Counted from the first letter of the stretch, positions 16,426-27,118 are shown. The stretch is DNA of 64,000 nt from Candidatus Latescibacterota bacterium (GCA_965217865.1 CBDCJO010000002.1:4640001-4704000), one strand, 5' to 3'. Numbers and translations: made by a program. Notes: a model not told the origin generated them from the sequence alone.

Positions 16426-18057
16426 TTATTTTGAGAACTCCGTTTCCTCCCGTGTCATCATCTCGAGGACAGCAGGCCGACCGGTTTGCGTGACTTCGAG
16501 GCCGCGCCGGATGGCCGGGACGATCTCATCGATTTTTTCGACCCGTTCACTGTACGCCCCGAGCCCTTCGGCGACGGTGGTATAGTCGCCCGACAGGAAC
16601 TTGGTGCCGTATCGCTCTGTGGCCACGGCGAGATATTTTTCGTACCCGCCCATGGCGCCGTTGTTGAGGATTACGGTCAGGATCGGGATCTTCTCCCGGA
16701 CAGCGGTCTCGAAATCCATACCGGCCATTCCGACCGCGGCGTCCCCCATGATGTTGACCACGGTCTTTTCCGGATCAGCCAGCTTCGCTCCCATCGAAAG
16801 GCCGAGGGAGTAGCCGAGTTGGGTGGACTTTCCCCATCCAAGATAGCCTCTCGGAATGATGGATTCGTAGAAGGGAACGGCCTGGTCCCGGGGGTTGCCG
16901 GAATCGTGGGTCACGATTGCCTTCGACCGGTCAAGGGTGTGCATTAGGTCCCAGATCACCCGGTAGGGGTTGAATGGGACTTCGTCAGAGGTGAGTTTGG
17001 GCATCCATGACGCGAGCCATTTGTCTTTGATTGATTTGAGCTCCTGGGTGAAGCCCCCGTGAACGGGGCCTTCGCTTTTGGCCTGATCTCTCATCTCTTC
17101 GATGATCTGTCTGAGGACGAGCCGGGCGTCCCCCAGGATCGCGTGGTCGATCGGGTATTCGTTGTGCAGGTCGAACTCATTAAGGGTCGTTTGAATCAGT
17201 GTCTTCCCGGGTGGGATGGGCGCGGATAAGAGAGATCTGGAAAAGCTGCAGCCGATTCCCAGGATCAGGTCCGCGCTGTCCAAGAAGTGGCTCGCAGGTC
17301 CGGCCAGGGTGTTTGAGACGGTGCCCGCGGAAAGCGGGTGATCCTCGGGAAACGCACTTTTCCCTGCTATGGTTGTGACGACCGGGGCGCCAAGACTTTC
17401 GGCGAATTCTCGAAGTTCCTCCCAGGCGCAGGCGTAGTGGACACCCTGTCCGACGTGAATCAAAGGGGCCTTCGCAGAAAGCAGGGCGCGGACGGCTTCG
17501 GATACATCTTGCGGGTCTCCCGCGGTCCGGACGGGACGTGCAGGCTTATAGTCGAGGTGATCCTCCGGGAAATCCATCAACGCAAGATCCGTAGGGATAC
17601 CGAGCACCACGGGGCCGGGGGGGCCTGATCTCAGGCGGGTGAAGGCCCTGCGCATGAGTTCCGGTATCCGGTCTGGGGTGTTCAACCGGGATGTCCATTT
17701 CGCGACCCCCCGGTAGTGCTGCTCGACATCGAAGTCCGGATGAGTACCCCACATGTCTAAGGAAGACTGCCCGGGGAGAAACAGGATGGGGGAGGAATCG
17801 GCGAAGGCCTGTGCGACGCCCCCGAAGGCGTTTTCGACCCCCGGGCCCGTTTGAACGGTGCAAACCCCGATCCGGCGGCCGTTCGAAACCCTGGAATAGC
17901 CGTCGGCCATGTTTACCAGGGTCCGCTCTGTCCGCGCGAGGATAGGACGGATCCCGCCCCTCGCCGCGGCATCGATCAGTGAATTGTGAGGAAAGCAAAA
18001 CAGGAATTCGACGCCTTCCCGCTTAAGGATCTCGACGATCGCATCGTCTGTATTCAT
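16426..18057 (-). CDS. Thiamine-pyrophosphate-requiring enzyme (acetolactate synthase-like)
   Basis: ERTLVNMADGYSR, GPGVEN, TPP motif GDAA...LNN. Confidence 0.9.
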   Translation of the reverse strand: MNTDDAIVEILKREGVEFLFCFPHNSLIDAAARGGIRPILARTERTLVNMADGYSRVSNGRRIGVCTVQTGPGVENAFGGVAQAFADSSPILFLPGQSSLDMWGTHPDFDVEQHYRGVAKWTSRLNTPDRIPELMRRAFTRLRSGPPGPVVLGIPTDLALMDFPEDHLDYKPARPVRTAGDPQDVSEAVRALLSAKAPLIHVGQGVHYACAWEELREFAESLGAPVVTTIAGKSAFPEDHPLSAGTVSNTLAGPASHFLDSADLILGIGCSFSRSLLSAPIPPGKTLIQTTLNEFDLHNEYPIDHAILGDARLVLRQIIEEMRDQAKSEGPVHGGFTQELKSIKDKWLASWMPKLTSDEVPFNPYRVIWDLMHTLDRSKAIVTHDSGNPRDQAVPFYESIIPRGYLGWGKSTQLGYSLGLSMGAKLADPEKTVVNIMGDAAVGMAGMDFETAVREKIPILTVILNNGAMGGYEKYLAVATERYGTKFLSGDYTTVAEGLGAYSERVEKIDEIVPAIRRGLEVTQTGRPAVLEMMTREETEFSK

Positions 18058-18073
18058 AGGTCCTCAGGATGCT

Positions 18074-18871
18074 TCATTCGGTACCTGCGAAGGATGATGA
18101 TTCACCCAGTCCCTCGCTTCCCATCGCGGAATATCCGCCATCCACGGGAAGTTCAGCGCCAGTGATGAAACTGGCGTCGTCGCTGCACAAGAATAGTATC
18201 GCCCTTGCAATTTCCCTGGGTTCGCCCAGGCGTCTGAGCATGTGATACCGGCCCCAGACGGGTTCCCACTTTTCACGATCCCCGTTGGCGGCCTTCGCCA
18301 CCTCCGGGGTCCATATCCAGCCTGGGCTGACCGCGTTAACGCGGATCCCGTCCGTCGAGAGGTCCAAGGCCTGGCATTTTGTCATGACGAGGATAGCGCC
18401 TTTAGAGGCATTGTAGGTCCATCGTTGAGGCTGTGCAATATGAGCGGAGATGCTGGCCATGTTGACGATGGCCCCGCCACCGGCCGCACGCATGGGTTCG
18501 TGGCAGGCCTGGACCATGTTTGCATAACCCCGCACATTGACCCCGAGGCTTCTCTCCCAATCGGCCGTGGTGACGTCCAACCCCTTTGCGATGAAGCTGA
18601 CCGCATTGTTGACCAGAAAGTCTATCCGGCCGAATTCCGTCGTCACTTCAGATACGGCATCGCGGCAGGCTTCCGCCTCGGAGACGTCAACCTCGAAAAA
18701 GCGGGCTTGAAGGCCCTGGGCCTGCAGGGTCTTCACGGTCTGCTGGCCCCCGACCTGGTTGATGTCGAATATGGCTACGGCCGAGCCTTCTTCCGAAAAT
18801 TCCCGCGCGGTAGCTGCCCCGATCCCGGAGGCTGCCCCGGTCACGATGGCCACGCGTTCAGACCAGTTCAT
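18074..18871 (-). CDS. SDR family oxidoreductase
   Basis: TGAASGIG, NNA, YNASK, VSPG, VDGG. Confidence 0.92.
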   Translation of the reverse strand: MNWSERVAIVTGAASGIGAATAREFSEEGSAVAIFDINQVGGQQTVKTLQAQGLQARFFEVDVSEAEACRDAVSEVTTEFGRIDFLVNNAVSFIAKGLDVTTADWERSLGVNVRGYANMVQACHEPMRAAGGGAIVNMASISAHIAQPQRWTYNASKGAILVMTKCQALDLSTDGIRVNAVSPGWIWTPEVAKAANGDREKWEPVWGRYHMLRRLGEPREIARAILFLCSDDASFITGAELPVDGGYSAMGSEGLGESSSFAGTE

Positions 18872-18884
18872 TTGAGGCCCCTTT

Positions 18885-19589
18885 TCAAAGTTTGAAAACG
18901 ATTTCGCTCTGGGGGTCCCCTCCGGATTCAAGAGGCCTGATACAATCAGGATTGTCGAAACCGGGAGGGTTCACCTGCATTGATACCTCATAGGCTTCCA
19001 TTTCTTCGTCGGGAGGGGGTTGAAACGAACCCAGGATCTCGGATATGTCTTTCCCGGATGGGTCCAGCCAGAGTTCTTGAGACGTCTGATCGAGTATGGC
19101 AGGCATGCGGTTGTGGATCCGGGACATGAATGCGTTGGGTTCTACGGTGATGATGGTGCACGTGCGAAGGGGAGTGCCGTCAGGAGACGACCATTCATCC
19201 CATAATCCGGCGAAGGCGAACAGGTTCCCGCCGCGAACGCGGATATGGAAGGGTTGTCGCTGGGTGCCTGCTTTTTTCCACTCATAGAAGCCGTCGGCGG
19301 GAATGAGACATCGCTGACGGACCAGGGTATGCTTGAAAGAGGGTTTTTGTGCCAGGGTCTCAGCACGTGCGTTGATCATCCTGTTGCCGATGGCGGGGTC
19401 CTTTGCCCAGAACGGCACAAGCCCCCAACGGTAGCCATCCAGGCGTCGTTTGGCGTCCTGAATCACCACGGCAACTGACTGAGATGGCGCGATGTTATAT
19501 CGCTGCTCGATTGAAAACGAAACCTCCTGAACGCCGAAGTGCGCGAACACCTCTTCCAGGGTGTGATACAGGGTGAATCGACCGCACAT
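18885..19589 (-). CDS. SOS response-associated peptidase (SRAP/YedK/HMCES abasic-site protein)
   Basis: MCGRF N-terminus, YNIAP, WGLVP, INARAET, GFYEW, IHNRMP. Confidence 0.93.
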   Translation of the reverse strand: MCGRFTLYHTLEEVFAHFGVQEVSFSIEQRYNIAPSQSVAVVIQDAKRRLDGYRWGLVPFWAKDPAIGNRMINARAETLAQKPSFKHTLVRQRCLIPADGFYEWKKAGTQRQPFHIRVRGGNLFAFAGLWDEWSSPDGTPLRTCTIITVEPNAFMSRIHNRMPAILDQTSQELWLDPSGKDISEILGSFQPPPDEEMEAYEVSMQVNPPGFDNPDCIRPLESGGDPQSEIVFKL

Positions 19590-19802
19590 CGCGACCTCCC
19601 GAGGAGAAAAAGGAAATCGCATACTACGAACGAACCCATTCCGGTGCAAGGAAAAAAAGGTCCGATCGAGGTGAAGTCTAGGAACGTTGGCAGGGAGGAA
19701 AAAGTGAGTGTGGAAGTGTGGGAAAAACGATCTTTCCCGGAGCGCGGTTTAGAAAATCATCGTGAGGGAGGTTTATTTGTATCCAAGCCGACTCCGTCAA
19801 TA

Positions 19803-20627
19803 TTATTTCTGTAAGATTCCGGCCTCCCCAAGAAATGATTCCATCTCACGCCAGAACGATTTCCAATCCGGGGGACAATCGTTGTGACCGCAGTTGTACG
19901 TCAGGATTCGGCCGCGTTTGGATGCCTTGTGGAGGGCAAGCGCGTGATCGTAAGGAATCAGGCTATCGTGTTTTCCGTGAACGACCAGGACATATCCGGG
20001 ATATGAAGCCACGACCGAAAGGTTATCGAAGGGATCCCGAACGATAAAACCGGGTATCAGAAACCTCGATGCCATGTCTCGAATTCCCGTAAACGTGGAA
20101 AGCAGAACAAGGGCGGCCGAGGGTCGCTCAGCGGCGAGGGCGCAGGCCGCGCCGCCCCCAAGGGACCGTCCGAAAAGCAGGATCCGGGATGCGTCGATGT
20201 CTTCACGGCGGACCAGCTTATCGTATGCCGCGACAAAGGTCTCCCTGATGCTTTCTTCGGATGGCTGCCCATCAGAACGTCCGTAACCCGGATACTCGAC
20301 CAGAAGGATCCCTATGCCCAACCGCAAAAAAGCTTCCAATCCATCCGGCCAGAAATCGATCAACTCCGCATTGCCGTGTGCGAAGATAACGGCCGGGGCG
20401 GGCCCTGATCCCCTATGGGGTGGCAGGAACCAGGATTCAACCTTTCCAAAAGAGGTTTCCACCCAGATCCTCTCGAACCCAGGAATTCGGACGTCGGCGC
20501 TTTCAGGGACGGAAATCTGATAGCTTGGAAAAACAACATAACGCTGCACCAAGAAAAGAAGGGAACAATAGACCAGATAGATCAGGAGGATTCCGGATGA
20601 GATTTGAATGAGCATATGGTGTCTCAT
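19803..20627 (-). CDS. Membrane-anchored alpha/beta hydrolase
   Basis: HGNAE, EYPGYG, GRSLG nucleophile elbow, HGKHD, GHND. Confidence 0.88.
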   Translation of the reverse strand: MRHHMLIQISSGILLIYLVYCSLLFLVQRYVVFPSYQISVPESADVRIPGFERIWVETSFGKVESWFLPPHRGSGPAPAVIFAHGNAELIDFWPDGLEAFLRLGIGILLVEYPGYGRSDGQPSEESIRETFVAAYDKLVRREDIDASRILLFGRSLGGGAACALAAERPSAALVLLSTFTGIRDMASRFLIPGFIVRDPFDNLSVVASYPGYVLVVHGKHDSLIPYDHALALHKASKRGRILTYNCGHNDCPPDWKSFWREMESFLGEAGILQK

Positions 20628-20825
20628 AACTTTGAGGGAAGTGGGTAGTACATTGAAGATTAGGGTTGAAGATAGAATCAAGGTTTAAAAATCAGGAAAG
20701 TTTCCCCGTTAAAATATAGAATCGATTAGATTATGGAGCAAGCAGGGATTCTGAGTCGAACGTCCTGACTCACCGAGCCCATGAAAATCACACAGCCGAG
20801 GGAGTTTCGGAAAAGGGAGGATCAT

Positions 20826-21554
20826 ATGCCGGACGAGGAAGTGATGCTTGCCAAGCTGACGCGCCGGGAGTTTCGTGAGGCCATCGAAGGGGGGATGTTC
20901 CAAACGGGGATCATTCCGGTGGGAAGCAACGAACAGCACCTGGAACATCTGGCGATGGAACACGATATCGTATCCGTGACGCATATTTCAAGGGAGGCTG
21001 CGAAACGGCTCTATCCAAACGTCATCGTCAGCGTGCCGATGGCCATCGGGATCTCGGAGCACCACATGAGCCATAAGGGATCGATAACGGCGAAACCCGG
21101 CCCGTGGCTGAGCGTGCTGTTCGATGGAGCGGAGAGCCTGGTTCGTCACGGGGTGCAGAAGATCCTGGTCCTGAACGGCCACGGTGGAAACGTCGCTCCA
21201 GTGAAAGGAATTATCGATCAGTGGCGGCTCTACTTCAAGATCCAGGCCCCTGAGGTTGACCTTCATTTCTGTTCGTACTGGGACTTGATCCCAAATGAAT
21301 TTTCAGAAAACCATCTGAAGACCAAGCGGATTCCGGGGCACGCGCAGGAGTTCGAGACCGCATTCGCCCTTGCGCTGTTTCCGGAAAATGTCAGACAGGA
21401 TGCGATGCGGGACCAGACGGATCAGGAGCCGACGGCGGCAACCGCGGAGACGGGAAGGCTGTTCGTGGAGGAATCGATCCGACAGGTGGCGGATTATGTG
21501 GCGGGAATGATCGACGGTCGGAACCGCGCCCCGTCGGTGAATCATTTCCCTTGA
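20826..21554 (+). CDS. Creatininase/creatinine amidohydrolase family protein
   Basis: PVGSNEQH, SEHH, NGHGGN, GHAQEFET. Confidence 0.9.
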   Translation: MPDEEVMLAKLTRREFREAIEGGMFQTGIIPVGSNEQHLEHLAMEHDIVSVTHISREAAKRLYPNVIVSVPMAIGISEHHMSHKGSITAKPGPWLSVLFDGAESLVRHGVQKILVLNGHGGNVAPVKGIIDQWRLYFKIQAPEVDLHFCSYWDLIPNEFSENHLKTKRIPGHAQEFETAFALALFPENVRQDAMRDQTDQEPTAATAETGRLFVEESIRQVADYVAGMIDGRNRAPSVNHFP

Positions 21555-21559
21555 TGGTT

Positions 21560-22063
21560 TTACAGAAGTTTCCCGAGACGGATCTCGCCAGGTGCGGTCA
21601 TATTCAGTTTCTCGAAGTTTTCGTTCGATCTTCGAAGTCTTTTGCAGAGGATCTTGACGACGTTAAGCAACACCTTTCGACCGATGTCCTTTTCCCGGAC
21701 AAAGAGGCGGTCGAGATCGTCCTTGTAGATTAGGAACCCCATCACGGCGTCGATGGCGATCACCCTGGCGGACCGTGGGGCCTTCGTAATAAGGCCCATT
21801 TCCCCGACGATGCCCACAGGGGTGATTTGTGCCAACTCGAAGTCCGCGGATGTACGGACTCCTAGAGTCCCCCTCAAAAGGATAAACATCTCTGTGCTCG
21901 ATGAACCGATCTCGTAAACCGTATCTCCGGTGGCATATTGGTGAAGGTAGCAGATGCCGAATACTTTTTGGAGCTCATGTAGCGGGAATCCTGAGAAGAG
22001 CGGAACCTGCCTGAGGCTTTCAAGAATTTTTTCAGATACGTGCGGAAGCTGGTCATCGCTCAT
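21560..22063 (-). CDS. Stand-alone cyclic-nucleotide-binding domain protein
   Basis: VPLFSG, GEMGLI...PRSARV phosphate-binding cassette; no HTH. Confidence 0.85.
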   Translation of the reverse strand: MSDDQLPHVSEKILESLRQVPLFSGFPLHELQKVFGICYLHQYATGDTVYEIGSSSTEMFILLRGTLGVRTSADFELAQITPVGIVGEMGLITKAPRSARVIAIDAVMGFLIYKDDLDRLFVREKDIGRKVLLNVVKILCKRLRRSNENFEKLNMTAPGEIRLGKLL

Positions 22064-22254
22064 AGAGCGGATCCTTGGTTGCTTGACTGTTTATTAGAGA
22101 TGCGGTGCTTCAAAGTGAAAGATGGATATCATACTGGAATCTACAGGCCGATTATCCGGATGTCAAGGGATCGCCAACAAAAGACGCAAAATGTAGGACG
22201 ATAGCATGAAGGGAAGCGGCCTGATATCGATCCCTCTGCGTTGTCCTGGAAGCA

Positions 22255-22824
22255 CTAAGGAGCTCCTCGGCTTTGTCCTTCCGCAATGGCCCCCGCGATC
22301 AGGTGCGCGGTCCGGATGGGCTCGGGAATTTGGCTGTGGACTGAGAAACGGTCAACCACGGCAACAGCTTGTTCCAGCGTCATGCCGACGCGTTGGACAT
22401 ACACGTGTCCGGCAGATTCCATGGGTCCAAGCCTATCGATCAAGTCCCATTTTTTTAATCCCTCCGGGACACGGGTCGTCAGGGCTTCTCGAATGGCTTT
22501 CATATCAGGGATAACCCTGGAAACGACGAGTACAGGAAGCTCGAGCCGTTCGTTCAGATCGAACACGTCCACCACGTTAACCCCCCCCAGTGCGATTCCC
22601 TGAAGCATGATCAACTGTGTATGGGGAGCAAATTTCGATTCAGCGACCAACTTTGAGAGTTGGCGTGCAGCATCAGACCCGTCTGCCTGAATCTCACCGA
22701 TTAATACCCCATCAAATCGCAGGTCCGCAAATACCGCCCCAACGACTTTCACGCTGCCCCGATGCCCGTGGGGAAAGGGTGAATCGTCAAAGCCGATGAT
22801 ATTTGACATGCGCTTAGAAGACAT
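22255..22824 (-). CDS. DUF99 family protein (endonuclease V/dU-like fold)
   Basis: IGFDDSPF, DGSDA, LQGIALGGVNVVD, IPEPIRTAHLIA. Confidence 0.85.
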   Translation of the reverse strand: MSSKRMSNIIGFDDSPFPHGHRGSVKVVGAVFADLRFDGVLIGEIQADGSDAARQLSKLVAESKFAPHTQLIMLQGIALGGVNVVDVFDLNERLELPVLVVSRVIPDMKAIREALTTRVPEGLKKWDLIDRLGPMESAGHVYVQRVGMTLEQAVAVVDRFSVHSQIPEPIRTAHLIAGAIAEGQSRGAP

Positions 22825-22972
22825 GCGTATCAGGGATCAGTTCGGAGGAGACTTTAGAACTATTTGGGAGGGCGAGCGGCAAGCGTTGTGAAAGGGACGA
22901 GGCCCAAAAGCTTGGATTTGAATCTATGGAGGACCGCGAGGAATCGGAATATCCGACGCTTATGTGTTAAGC

Positions 22973-23446
22973 TCAGCTGAAGAAACAGCCTGAGAGGTCT
23001 TTGGGAAGTATGGTTTTCCTGTCTTTGATTACGGAGTGGAGTTGAGCGGGTGTCAGGCCGATGGCATTGGTCAGGTCCGCCCCACCTAGGGAAGCCCCCC
23101 GCAGATTTGCTCCCTGAAGCTTTGCGCCGCGAAGGTCGGCTTTATGAAGTTTTGTCCCGACCATGTCAGCTCCCTGGAGGTCGGCCTCCCGCAGCTTTGC
23201 TCCCGGAAGGTCCGCCTGCTGAAGATCGGCCCATTGCAGATCCGCCTTCTGGAGGTTGGCTCCTTTCAGGTTGGCGTTCTGAAGGCTTGCCCATTGAAGG
23301 TTTGCTTCCGGAAGGTTGGCTTTCTGGAGGTCCGCCTTTCTGAGATCAACCCCCTGGAGATCGGCCCTTTTTCCGTTCTCCCCTTTGGAATCCACCCACT
23401 TCCGATGATCTTCCAGAATCTTGTTAAGTTGACTAGGATTTTTCAT
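22973..23446 (-). CDS. Pentapeptide repeat protein
   Basis: ILEDHRKW leader followed by tandem A(D/N)Lxx repeats. Confidence 0.9.
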   Translation of the reverse strand: MKNPSQLNKILEDHRKWVDSKGENGKRADLQGVDLRKADLQKANLPEANLQWASLQNANLKGANLQKADLQWADLQQADLPGAKLREADLQGADMVGTKLHKADLRGAKLQGANLRGASLGGADLTNAIGLTPAQLHSVIKDRKTILPKDLSGCFFS

Positions 23447-23523
23447 GTCCGACCTTCTTCCTTCTTTCCCGTGTAAAAAAGCCACCTTAGAAGCCGCATG
23501 AATTTGTCATCCCCAATCCGATT

Positions 23524-24894
23524 TTAATAAACCGGAGTTTCTTCAAAGTATTTCTGCACCCGTGCGACAATTGCCCTGGCCGTGTATGGTTTTAGGATAT
23601 AGTCATTGGCCCCTGCCCCGATGGCCTCGATAACGGTTTCACTATCGGTCCGCGCGGTCAGAACGATAATGGGTACCTCCGCCGTGTCGACCCTCCCGCG
23701 AAGTTGCTTCAAGGCGTTGAGCCCCCCCATAACCGGCATCATGATGTCCAGAAGGATCAACCCCGGCCTCCCCGTACGTGCCAGCTTCAGGGCTTCCTCT
23801 CCATTTACCGCTTCCAGGACTTCATATCCCGCCTTTTTGATGACAAAGGACAGCGCCCTCCGGGTAACCATCGAATCTTCTGCGATTAGGACCCGCTTAT
23901 TGGGTTTTCCGGGTGGCGCACTAATGAGGCTGATGCCGCAATCACCGCAGAATTTCCCAAAACCTATTGCCCCGCAGTTAGGGCATTCGTTCAGAGACGG
24001 TTTCAAGGAGATCTTAAATTCGAAGGTGGAGGCGGCATCCTCCATCTTTTCCGGGAGTTCTTCCAGGATGTCTTCGACATAGTTGGAACCCAAACCCAGG
24101 AATCTTTTACCTCGTTCTTCCAGAAGGGGTATTTCCTCCTCCAAGTCATCGTCATAGAGAACGTCTGAGATCAAGTTCGATAGGTTGAGGACCCGAATCA
24201 AATCGGTCTCCGGGGATGGAGGAAGGTCTTTTTCAAACTCAGCAAAGTGATGCTCGCGGATGGTCTCTTCGATGATTGGGGGGAGGTTCCAGTGCCTCGC
24301 GAGGACGGCCCCCACGGCTCCGTGGTCAAGTCCGATCATCTCCCTTTCCACCTTTGCAGGATGGGCCCCGGTGTCTTTCGCGGTATGGATGGCGCCCCCG
24401 TATTCCATTGGGAAATAGTGGGCAAGGAAGAGGCGGCCGATGTCCTGCAAGAGCCCCGCCGTGAACGCGATCCCAGGTATTTCACCACGGAACCGGGCAG
24501 CGATCATCCCGGGGGCCACGGAATTGCAGACCGACTTTTCCCAGAAGAGATCCTGGTCGAAGCCCTTGGCCAAAGGCTTCGAGAAGGTCTCCATTACGGA
24601 AAGGCCGAGGGCAAGAAGCCCCACCTCCTCGTACCCGAGGATGTTGACTGCCTGAAATACTTCTGAGACAGGTTCGGAAAAGTTGTAGAAAGATGAATTG
24701 ATAACCTTGAGGAGGCGGGCGGACAGGGCTTCGTCCTTCGAAATCAGTTTGGTTACTCCAGGGGCGGATCCCCGAGATTCGGATATCATCAACGTGATCT
24801 CACTGGCCGTGGTAGGGAGGGGTGAAAAAACATCCGATGTCTCCAGGATTCTCAAAACATCATTTTCAGTAACCATCGCGCACTCCTGACTCAT
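23524..24894 (-). CDS. HDOD domain - zinc ribbon - response regulator receiver protein
   Basis: ARLLKVINSSFY, AGLLQDIG, DHGAVG..W (HDOD); CPNC..CGDC; AEDS..LLDIMMP..LT..YILKP (REC). Confidence 0.85.
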   Translation of the reverse strand: MSQECAMVTENDVLRILETSDVFSPLPTTASEITLMISESRGSAPGVTKLISKDEALSARLLKVINSSFYNFSEPVSEVFQAVNILGYEEVGLLALGLSVMETFSKPLAKGFDQDLFWEKSVCNSVAPGMIAARFRGEIPGIAFTAGLLQDIGRLFLAHYFPMEYGGAIHTAKDTGAHPAKVEREMIGLDHGAVGAVLARHWNLPPIIEETIREHHFAEFEKDLPPSPETDLIRVLNLSNLISDVLYDDDLEEEIPLLEERGKRFLGLGSNYVEDILEELPEKMEDAASTFEFKISLKPSLNECPNCGAIGFGKFCGDCGISLISAPPGKPNKRVLIAEDSMVTRRALSFVIKKAGYEVLEAVNGEEALKLARTGRPGLILLDIMMPVMGGLNALKQLRGRVDTAEVPIIVLTARTDSETVIEAIGAGANDYILKPYTARAIVARVQKYFEETPVY

Positions 24895-25101
24895 ATTGGG
24901 GATGTTTTATCGATAACGAAATGCTCGGGCGTCGACATCGCAGGTCAAGATCCGGATAAAGGTGAGTATATAAGGAATTGGTGGAGCCAATCGGGGGGAG
25001 AGGTTCATGGCGAATCTGATTCCTGATTGAAAAGGAGGTTGGCTGTTGCCGGGGGAGGCGGTAAGCCGTTTTTGATTTCATCTGTGATAGGTATCACTCT
25101 A

Positions 25102-25118
25102 TGCAATGTGTGTGCCAA
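25102..25118 (-). promoter_or_regulatory. Sigma-54 (-24/-12) promoter facing the HDOD-REC gene
   Basis: Minus strand reads TTGGCACACACATTGCA, matching TGGCAC-N5-TTGC; palindrome GTGATA-gg-TATCAC at 25084-25097. Confidence 0.65.
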
Positions 25119-25413
25119 CCCGGATAAACAAAATATCGGTAAGCTAATGCCCTATAATTGAAAAGCTTATCGAATTACTCTGAGATGATGAAGGACCAAC
25201 CTTCCCAAAGTTAGCAACTGTGAATAGCAATGATTGCTGCACCATCGGATTGACAACCTGAATTCTTTATTTCCCGAAAAGGGTAGTATCACCCTAAAAC
25301 CCTTTTCTCCCGACACGGTAAGGCCGGATTCCCCTTGTTCGATCGGTTTGTTCTGATGATCTTAGTGAGTGTCCGTTGTTGGCCTTTAATGAATCGTCGT
25401 CCGTGTAGAACCC

Positions 25414-25599
25414 ATGAATGTGGAACTCATCAGCGTTGCAGATGCCGCTGCACGGAAGGGTTGTTCGACACAGGCCGTTCGAGACGCGATTGTCATCGGA
25501 AAGATCAAGGGGCGGAAGGTCAGGCGTTCGTATATTGTTCGGGTGGACAAGAATTTTTCCGATTGGAAGCCTGATCCCAGGAATAAATCAGGAGAATGA
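25414..25599 (+). CDS. Small excisionase/MerR-like HTH protein
   Basis: LISVADAAARKGCSTQAVRDAI..GKIKGRKV..YIV pattern; ends 4 nt before the next ATG. Confidence 0.6.
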   Translation: MNVELISVADAAARKGCSTQAVRDAIVIGKIKGRKVRRSYIVRVDKNFSDWKPDPRNKSGE

Positions 25600-25603
25600 T
25601 GCG

Positions 25604-26947
25604 ATGAAAAAAATTGGCCTCTTTTTGGTCATTTGTTGGCTTGTTTCGAATTTCGTATGGGGGAAGGGCTTTTTCGCCGATCCTGGAAAGAATTGGCCTC
25701 AATGGCGCGGCCCTCAAGCAACTGGTGTCGCACCTTTTGGGGACCCGCCGGTCGAATGGAGCGAGACTCGGAACGTCAGGTGGAAAATCGAGATTCCAGG
25801 CAAGGGTCACGCCACCCCGATCGTTTGGGGGGATCGAATCTTTATCCTGACGGCGGTCGAGACGGGTGAGCGAGTCGATATCCCGGAAGAAGCGGAACCG
25901 GTTCGCCGCCGTCGGGGCCCGCCGAAGGTCAAACCGACAAGCGTGATCCGGTTCTCTATCCTCGCCGTCGACCGCCGGACAGGACATATCCTATGGCAAC
26001 GCACCGCACGAGAAGAATTCCCGCACGAAGGCACCCATCCGGCGGGCAGCTGGGCTTCGAATTCACCGGTCACCGATGGTGAGCACGTCTATGCTTATTT
26101 CGGTTCTCGCGGTCTGTATTGCTATGACTTGGAAGGGAATCTTCGATGGGAAAAAGACTTCGGGAAGATGAAGACGAGGATGGGTTTTGGTGAGGGCAGT
26201 TCACCCGTGCTCTACCGGGACAAAATCATCATCAATTGGGATCAGGAGGGACAATCGTTCATCGCTGTCCTTCATAAGAATACGGGGAAGGAAGTCTGGA
26301 GGGTAGATCGGGATGAAAGGACCTCCTGGTCGACACCCCTGGTCCTTCAGCAGAATGGTCAAGATCAGGTCATCACCAGCGCGACAAACCGGGTGCGAAG
26401 TTATGATTTAGCCACAGGAGAAGTGATTTGGGAATGCGGGGGCATGACGCTAAATGTGATTCCTTCTCCGGTATCCGCGGGAGATTTGGTCTATGTGGCG
26501 AGCGGGTTCCGGGGCAATGCCTTACTGGCGATTCGACTGTCAGAGGCCAGGGGCGACATCACGGATTCTGAAGCAATCGTCTGGAAGCATAGCGAAGACA
26601 CACCCTACACACCTTCGCTCCTGCTATACGGTGATGCCTTGTATTTCCTGAAACGGAATAACGGAATCCTCTCCTGTTTTAACGCAAAGACAGGTGACGA
26701 ATTCTTCAGTCGCCAGCGGTTGGATGGGATAGAGGGGGTCTTCGCATCGCCGGTCGGAGCGAGCGATCGCGTGTACATTGTCGGCAGAAACGGGATGTGT
26801 TTGGTGATTAAACGGGGGAGGAGGTATGAAGTGCTGAGTCGGAACACGCTTGATGATAGTTTCACCGCATCACCGGCGATAGCCGGAGATGCATTATACC
26901 TGCGTGGTCACAAAACCCTTTATTGTATCGCAAAGGATAGTCCATAG
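25604..26947 (+). CDS. Secreted PQQ-like beta-propeller repeat protein
   Basis: Signal peptide, NWPQWRGP, repeated TP/SP..G..W motifs; AGGAG RBS. Confidence 0.88.
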   Translation: MKKIGLFLVICWLVSNFVWGKGFFADPGKNWPQWRGPQATGVAPFGDPPVEWSETRNVRWKIEIPGKGHATPIVWGDRIFILTAVETGERVDIPEEAEPVRRRRGPPKVKPTSVIRFSILAVDRRTGHILWQRTAREEFPHEGTHPAGSWASNSPVTDGEHVYAYFGSRGLYCYDLEGNLRWEKDFGKMKTRMGFGEGSSPVLYRDKIIINWDQEGQSFIAVLHKNTGKEVWRVDRDERTSWSTPLVLQQNGQDQVITSATNRVRSYDLATGEVIWECGGMTLNVIPSPVSAGDLVYVASGFRGNALLAIRLSEARGDITDSEAIVWKHSEDTPYTPSLLLYGDALYFLKRNNGILSCFNAKTGDEFFSRQRLDGIEGVFASPVGASDRVYIVGRNGMCLVIKRGRRYEVLSRNTLDDSFTASPAIAGDALYLRGHKTLYCIAKDSP

Positions 26948-27118
26948 AGAGAATGTGCGCAAAGTTTGCTATCTTTTGAATTATTAAAGAGCTAAAGCAA
27001 TTTTTTCTTGAATTTTTTAGATTTATATTATAATAGTTGTAGATAGAATATATGGAACTTTCCTTCTTCGAAAAAAGCCGGATCCACCCCATAACTCCCA
27101 TTATTTCAGGAGGTAGAA

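Noticed and set aside
18885-22824. DNA-repair island (SRAP + DUF99)
   Set aside because: The genes are separated by unrelated genes in mixed orientation, with no evidence of a shared unit.
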